Shown here: positions 58,808 to 64,000 of the stretch, piece after piece
Position numbering within the stretch: the stretch's first letter is position 1
How the letters are laid out: every line of letters begins with the position of its first letter
Assembly: GCA_965204345.1 (NCBI GenBank)
Contig: OZ241981.1
Location: 1,248,001 to 1,312,000 of the forward strand
Reading direction: 5' to 3'
DNA: 64,000 bases
Source of the DNA: Nitrosopumilus sp.
GTDB lineage: Archaea > Thermoproteota > Nitrososphaeria > Nitrososphaerales > Nitrosopumilaceae
Notes under the pieces: generated by a model
Seen by the model: only the letters and a program-made list of their open reading frames with translations
Databases searched by the model: none
What the model was told of the DNA's origin: nothing
Program-made: the position numbers and the translations under genes

Positions 58808-60490
58808 CTACTGTGGATTTGTTATTCTTCCCATGAAGAGAATGTTGTCAGTTTTATCATCTGAAATTATAAAAATAAAGGGACGGTCTGCATGAAAAAC
58901 AGAGGTGTCTTTATTACTTGTATCCCGGTTTGAATTGCGTGAAGTAGCACCAGCTTCCGTGCCTTTTTCATTTACAACAACAAATGTTTTGTGTATTGCT
59001 TGACTGACATGCAGACCATCATTACTGGCAATGCCTGACAAATCAGCTTCTGTGAATTCAAATGCTTCATTTATTCCCAATTTTTGCAATGTCTCTTTTA
59101 GATCATATTCTGCATCAACTTCGAATTTTGGAATTTTTACATCAAGAAATGCGGGATAGAAAAGATTTTTCCACTTAAATAAACTCTCCACAGTCAATGA
59201 CTTTTCCAAAGAATCAAGGCCGTCTTTATCATCTGGAAGCAGAATCAGCATGGATATTCTGTCTCCCTTGTAAGGCATTTTGATAATGCTAAGATCATCT
59301 AGATGAGCAACAAATGCAAAATACATAGGATTGTGCATCATGGGAGTTTTGATTGATTCAGTAGGAGTTATCCAGAAATCATCATCTTGGGTAAGGTGAT
59401 CCTTAAACGGCGAAATCCACATTCCTTTAAAATATATGGCATTTGTAATAACTAGCTTCAAATATGGATCTGGATCCGACGAAAGAATCTCTGTAATCTT
59501 CTCGTTGGTCTTTTCCTTGACCCAGTCATTTACAATGCTGGGGCCATCTGTTTGAAAATCAACTGTGCGGGCCTCTGCATTATAATAGTCATTGACAGTC
59601 CTGGCATACTCTGGATAAGGCACAAAGGAGTTATCTAACCACAATGCGTTGGCTACAGACAACTGGTATTTCGAATCATCAGGATTTAGATCATCGATGA
59701 TATGTTTGAACTGGTCTGTCCTTTTGGTGTAATCTGCAGGAAAGTCAAACGTATTGCCTATCTCATCGGCTGTGTTGCCTGCTGCACCCTCATACAGTAT
59801 GGCAAAAGCATTGTATATGCTCCATGGGGAAAAGAAGATGTTGTCCTTGGATTCTTGTGATATGTCTGAATAGAAGTCCATTGCAAACTGGTTGCTGCCA
59901 TCAATGATTGGTATCTCGTGTATTGTATGGACGGCATCACCATGTATGATGCCAAAATCAACTGCCCATCCACGCTCAACTAATTTCTGGCTTGTGGATG
60001 GTTTTACGCATGCATGAGAGGAATCAGTTTGTTTGAGGATCATTGTCTTATCATCAGAACAGGGAAAGTCATCAAGATATGGTCCAGTGTAAGGAATACA
60101 TTTCTGTCTCCAGTTAGGTGGACATACACCTGGCGTAGCAAAGTCTTCTGTTGGTCCTCCGCTACACATTCCATAGTGAATATTTTGAACAACCAAAGGA
60201 ATGTGATTCTCAGAGTTCTGAAAGTCACGCAGATAATATTCAATGTATGGTATGTCCTCTTGTGGTACAGAACCTGAAACAGTCAATAACTTATCACCAT
60301 CTTCAAACAGACAATTAGTACGTGAATCAGTATATGAGAGATACCCAAGAGGATTCCGGGTTAGATAATTTCTTAAAACATCGTCATCAATTTGTGCATC
60401 TGCAAATGCAGTTGGGATTAATGAAAGTAAAAATGATACTGCAAATATCAGACCTATATCTCTATTCAAGTAACTCTTGAATTGCATCAA
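58808..60490 (-). CDS. secreted serpin with N-terminal Cys-containing extension
   Basis: signal peptide AFA; NIFFSPWS, NAIYFKGMW, EKGTEA, FHADRPFIF, LFMGR. Confidence 0.93.
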   Translation of the reverse strand: MMQFKSYLNRDIGLIFAVSFLLSLIPTAFADAQIDDDVLRNYLTRNPLGYLSYTDSRTNCLFEDGDKLLTVSGSVPQEDIPYIEYYLRDFQNSENHIPLVVQNIHYGMCSGGPTEDFATPGVCPPNWRQKCIPYTGPYLDDFPCSDDKTMILKQTDSSHACVKPSTSQKLVERGWAVDFGIIHGDAVHTIHEIPIIDGSNQFAMDFYSDISQESKDNIFFSPWSIYNAFAILYEGAAGNTADEIGNTFDFPADYTKRTDQFKHIIDDLNPDDSKYQLSVANALWLDNSFVPYPEYARTVNDYYNAEARTVDFQTDGPSIVNDWVKEKTNEKITEILSSDPDPYLKLVITNAIYFKGMWISPFKDHLTQDDDFWITPTESIKTPMMHNPMYFAFVAHLDDLSIIKMPYKGDRISMLILLPDDKDGLDSLEKSLTVESLFKWKNLFYPAFLDVKIPKFEVDAEYDLKETLQKLGINEAFEFTEADLSGIASNDGLHVSQAIHKTFVVVNEKGTEAGATSRNSNRDTSNKDTSVFHADRPFIFIISDDKTDNILFMGRITNPQ

Positions 60491-60989
60491 TATCTCATCA
60501 TCCTATATAAAAAAAATTAGAGAGACAATTCTATTTATTTATGATCGTTATTATGATAATTTTCTTTTTCTTCTTCACACTTCTATAATTTATTTTGTTG
60601 TTCAATAATTAATACTGCTGCAAATTGAGCATGTTCTTCATGATGAATGTTCAAGATGAATTTAGTCAATGACTCGATATGTTCTTCTTAGGTCATGATC
60701 CACAAATTATTTCCATAAAGGGAGTTTTGATATGTCTAGTAATTTCTTTGAATTTTGATGGATCAGGGGACCTTTTCATGTACTATATTTTCCCCAAGTC
60801 TGATCGTGCCTGGAAAGTTGCATCTTTAGTTGAAAATTTTGGAAAAATAGCCATTCACTAGTGTCTGGATATGGCGTTGGTGCATACATGCAGCAAGAAT
60901 TCTAAGAGACATGTAGATACTGAGCACTCATTCAAACAAATCTATCAAGCAGAAAAGACAATATGTTATAACACAAGACTTTGAGATTC

Positions 60990-62411
60990 TTAATTCTTCT
61001 TTTTAACTTTGGAAAATGCCGTGACAAATAATTCTATTCTTCCTTCTAACCCTTCTTTTGCATTAACTCCTGTAATGGAAATGATTTCCCCTAGTTGACA
61101 TTTGTCAATTATTCTTGCTTGATTTCTCCAACCCTTGACCCAAATTTGTCCTGTATCATCCTCAACAAACATTTCTGAAAGTGCTATTGATTCTCCTGCT
61201 TTTGTTTGAATTTCTCGTCTTTGAGGTAGTTTTAACACAATAGCTTCGATACAATAACTTGCATCTGCTTTAACCTCATTAATTTTTGTTCTAATTTGTG
61301 ATAATGAAGGAATTGATGTATCATTATCTAACTTTCTTACAAAAGAATTTTCATCTAATGTAATTGAATTTCCATAAACTTTTGATGGCATACACTCTAT
61401 TACATCTCCCTCTCCACAGATGCTAGTTGAGTTTGATAAATCACTAATATTGAATAAATTCCTTTTATCATCAACAGCTAAAATCATATTTTTCCCATTT
61501 TCTGTTGTTGATATTGAAAGAACTCTGGTGATTACCGGTTCTGTTTCCTTGCCACCCTCAATTTCAATAATTGTTGCATCATTTCCATGAATTTCCAATC
61601 CCTGATTTCCGGATTTTACTCTAACACCTAGTAATCTCACTTTGGCTGATTTTGAAATCATATTTGGAATAGCAGATTCATCCTTACCCCATAACACTAC
61701 TCTCATACCACTTCCATCCTTGCCTTTTAATCTCATCCTCAATGCTTTTCCAGGCATACCGCGAGAGTTAGTAAACTCCATACCACTTATCATGCCGTCA
61801 ATTGTGCCTGAAATGACTAAATCTTTTTGTCCTTCTTGGGACTCACTTACATCTTTTGTAATTGTATCGATGGTTGGAATCTCACTTTTAGTATCTGTAC
61901 TTTCTATGTTTGATCCAGAGCCAACATTAATTGTTGTTGAGCCATCAAGATCTGATTTAGTATAAGCTTTAATGATTTTGATTAAATCTCCCGGTTTTAG
62001 ATCTTCAATCCCTGGAAGATTTGCTTTTTCATCCCATAGTTTGACACTAGCTGTAGAATTTGTATCATCATATACGGTCATTGTTCTAAGATAAAATGGA
62101 GAGCCGTCTTTTCTAGTAAACTGCTTTGCAGGTGAAAGATTCAAAACTCTTGTTTCTAATGAAATTTCTTTTGCCCCTGCATATAGTTCCTTTAAGCTAA
62201 CCTCAGTTTTTAGTGGTTCAGATAATGCAACTCCGTAATCAGAGGCAATCAAAAACAATGCGCCTTTATCCGTCAAGTATCCCGCACCAATCTTTTCTTT
62301 CTTTAGCTTAATCTGTTCTTCAATATCCTCTCTGGTTAGCTCTGGTTTTTGCTCAAGAAATATATCAATAAGATTTTCAAATTCTGACATTTCACTTTTT
62401 ACTAGATTCAT
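60990..62411 (-). CDS. multi-OB-fold single-stranded DNA-binding protein (RPA-like)
   Basis: repeated OB motifs F.RKDG, V.LW, DDTGQI. Confidence 0.85.
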   Translation of the reverse strand: MNLVKSEMSEFENLIDIFLEQKPELTREDIEEQIKLKKEKIGAGYLTDKGALFLIASDYGVALSEPLKTEVSLKELYAGAKEISLETRVLNLSPAKQFTRKDGSPFYLRTMTVYDDTNSTASVKLWDEKANLPGIEDLKPGDLIKIIKAYTKSDLDGSTTINVGSGSNIESTDTKSEIPTIDTITKDVSESQEGQKDLVISGTIDGMISGMEFTNSRGMPGKALRMRLKGKDGSGMRVVLWGKDESAIPNMISKSAKVRLLGVRVKSGNQGLEIHGNDATIIEIEGGKETEPVITRVLSISTTENGKNMILAVDDKRNLFNISDLSNSTSICGEGDVIECMPSKVYGNSITLDENSFVRKLDNDTSIPSLSQIRTKINEVKADASYCIEAIVLKLPQRREIQTKAGESIALSEMFVEDDTGQIWVKGWRNQARIIDKCQLGEIISITGVNAKEGLEGRIELFVTAFSKVKKKN

Positions 62412-62613
62412 TCTATTAATAAAAATTTCATTATTGGCGATCAGTTATCTTATCTTAAAATGATCGCTAAACTGTGTTTTTATTATATATTCAAAATACT
62501 AAGCCAATCTACAAAGAAATCTCTACATATTTTATCTAAATCATTTCAATTTTTCCAGAATTCATCATATTTTATCTCATTACCTAAATTAATAGGAAGA
62601 TCGCATCTTTATT

Positions 62614-63552
62614 ATGAATTGTATTGATGTCAACCATTTATCCAAATCATATGGCTCATTTAATGCTGTAGATGATCTCGTTTTATCAGTAAAATCAGGT
62701 CAGGTTTTTGGATTTTTAGGTCCTAACGGTGCTGGAAAATCAACTACCATCAAACTTCTCACCACGTTAATTCCTCCTTCTAGTGGTTCACTATCCATTT
62801 TAGGATTTGATGCTGTAGCAGATTCTCTTGAAATTCGTCACAGAATTGGTGTTGTTTTACAACAACCCAGCTATGAGCCTACACTATCAGTTGAAAAGTC
62901 TCTTGAGAAATATGGCATGATGTGGAATGTTCCAAAAATTGAACGCAAAAATAGAATGGAACAACTTTTAGAAGACTTTGATCTAGTTGAAATTCGTAAA
63001 AAGCGCAATGAAGATCTATCTGTTGGTCAAAGAAGAAGAGTACAGGTTGCACGTGAATTTATGCATGATATGGAGTTATTATTTTTAGACGAACCTACTG
63101 TCGGATTAGATCCAAATGCTCGAAGGAAATTATTAGATTATTTGAAAAATAAAGTCAAAACAGGCCTGACCATTTTTTATACCACTCATATCTTAACTGA
63201 AGCCGAATACCTGTGTGATCAAATAGCCATACTTGACAAAGGCAAAATTATTACCGTTGATTCCCCTGATGCATTAAAAAATAGGTTTGGAAAAGAAAAA
63301 ACTATCAAAATTCATTTACTAGAAAAAATACCTGAGATAAATTCCCTCTTGGCTGAAATTACAGATTGTAAAATTAATTTTGAAACCGGAACTAATATTA
63401 TAATTCATTCAGAGCAATCCGAATTGGCCTTGCTAAAAGTTTTAAAAATACTTAATGATAATAATATTGAAATACAAGATCTATCTGCCGTTCCGACAAA
63501 TCTTGAAGAAATCTTTTTGAATATGATAAGGGAAAATGCATCCGATAATTAG
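62614..63552 (+). CDS. ABC-2 transporter ATP-binding protein
   Basis: GPNGAGKS, LSVGQ, LDEPTVGLD. Confidence 0.95.
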   Translation: MNCIDVNHLSKSYGSFNAVDDLVLSVKSGQVFGFLGPNGAGKSTTIKLLTTLIPPSSGSLSILGFDAVADSLEIRHRIGVVLQQPSYEPTLSVEKSLEKYGMMWNVPKIERKNRMEQLLEDFDLVEIRKKRNEDLSVGQRRRVQVAREFMHDMELLFLDEPTVGLDPNARRKLLDYLKNKVKTGLTIFYTTHILTEAEYLCDQIAILDKGKIITVDSPDALKNRFGKEKTIKIHLLEKIPEINSLLAEITDCKINFETGTNIIIHSEQSELALLKVLKILNDNNIEIQDLSAVPTNLEEIFLNMIRENASDN

Positions 63553-64000
63553 ACTTGTAAATAGAAATCTTACAATTTCACTTAATCCTGGATTTTTAAT
63601 CTGGCAAATTATCTTTCCACTAATCTATATTTTTATTGCAGGCTTTGCATATGCACCATTAATCAATGATATTCCATTTGGTAACAAAGATCTTGATTAT
63701 CCTGCATTCTTAGCATCAGGAATGATTGGATTTAATATAATGAATAGTACGCTAATCTCTGGCATCATTATTTGGAATGATAGAAAACATGGAATGTTTG
63801 AGCAGATTATGTCAGGGCCATTTACTAGGAGTCACTATATTCTTAGTAACATTTGCACCATTGGCATTATTGGATTAATCAGTGCTACACTGATAGCCGT
63901 AGTTGGATATCCTGTATTCTTTGAATCTGTGGAATTTTCTCTTGTAACAATACCAGTTATTGCATTTGGAGCCATCACTGGTTCAGTATTGTTTGGCTCA
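63536..64000 (+). CDS. ABC-2 transporter permease (partial, runs off window)
   Basis: MHPIIRLVNRNL...YPAFLASGMIG...DRKHGMFE; overlaps the ATPase end. Confidence 0.88.
   Translation, partial: MHPIIRLVNRNLTISLNPGFLIWQIIFPLIYIFIAGFAYAPLINDIPFGNKDLDYPAFLASGMIGFNIMNSTLISGIIIWNDRKHGMFEQIMSGPFTRSHYILSNICTIGIIGLISATLIAVVGYPVFFESVEFSLVTIPVIAFGAITGSVLFGS

Noticed and set aside
58890-58970. Diversity-generating retroelement target in the serpin loop (several AAY codons)
   Set aside because: No template-repeat copy or reverse transcriptase in the window.
1993-61965. Antisense or overlapping ORFs in the track (e.g. 5643-6242, 14176-14664, 25580-26029, 28084-28587, 45027-45551, 53480-53881, 61642-61965)
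   Set aside because: Shadow frames of well-supported genes, with no recognisable motifs.
1-64000. CRISPR arrays, IS elements, prophage or defence systems
   Set aside because: No regularly spaced repeats and no transposase, integrase, capsid or nuclease-cluster signatures seen.

Overview
Low-GC archaeal chromosome segment. Gene content points to an ammonia-oxidising archaeon of the Nitrosopumilaceae (Nitrososphaerota/Thaumarchaeota): aIF2 alpha/gamma, Rps6e, Nop10, PriS/PriL, AglB, two ESCRT-III/CdvB paralogues, aconitase X and the anaerobic cobalamin pathway. Most of the window is dense housekeeping: sulfate assimilation (sat, cysH, cysC, cysQ), preQ0 synthesis (folE, queE, queC), two cbi clusters, translation, replication and repair genes, and one tRNA-Gly(CCC). 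I saw no CRISPR array, integrase, transposase or rRNA. The strongest signals missing from the ORF track are two structured intergenic RNA candidates. One (~6493-6624, +) is a multi-branch fold with its own promoter and terminator. The other (19492-19559, -) is a long hairpin capped by a K-turn, with a loop resembling the complement of the 23S A-loop. Also notable: a MurI-like protein with both catalytic Cys replaced by Ser, a candidate wHTH / membrane-anchored HTH / secreted-protein module with upstream repeats, an EMC6-like protein, a secreted serpin with an atypical reactive loop, several short ORFs below the track cut-off, and decayed-looking intergenic gaps. All family calls come from motif recognition by eye; no database search was run.
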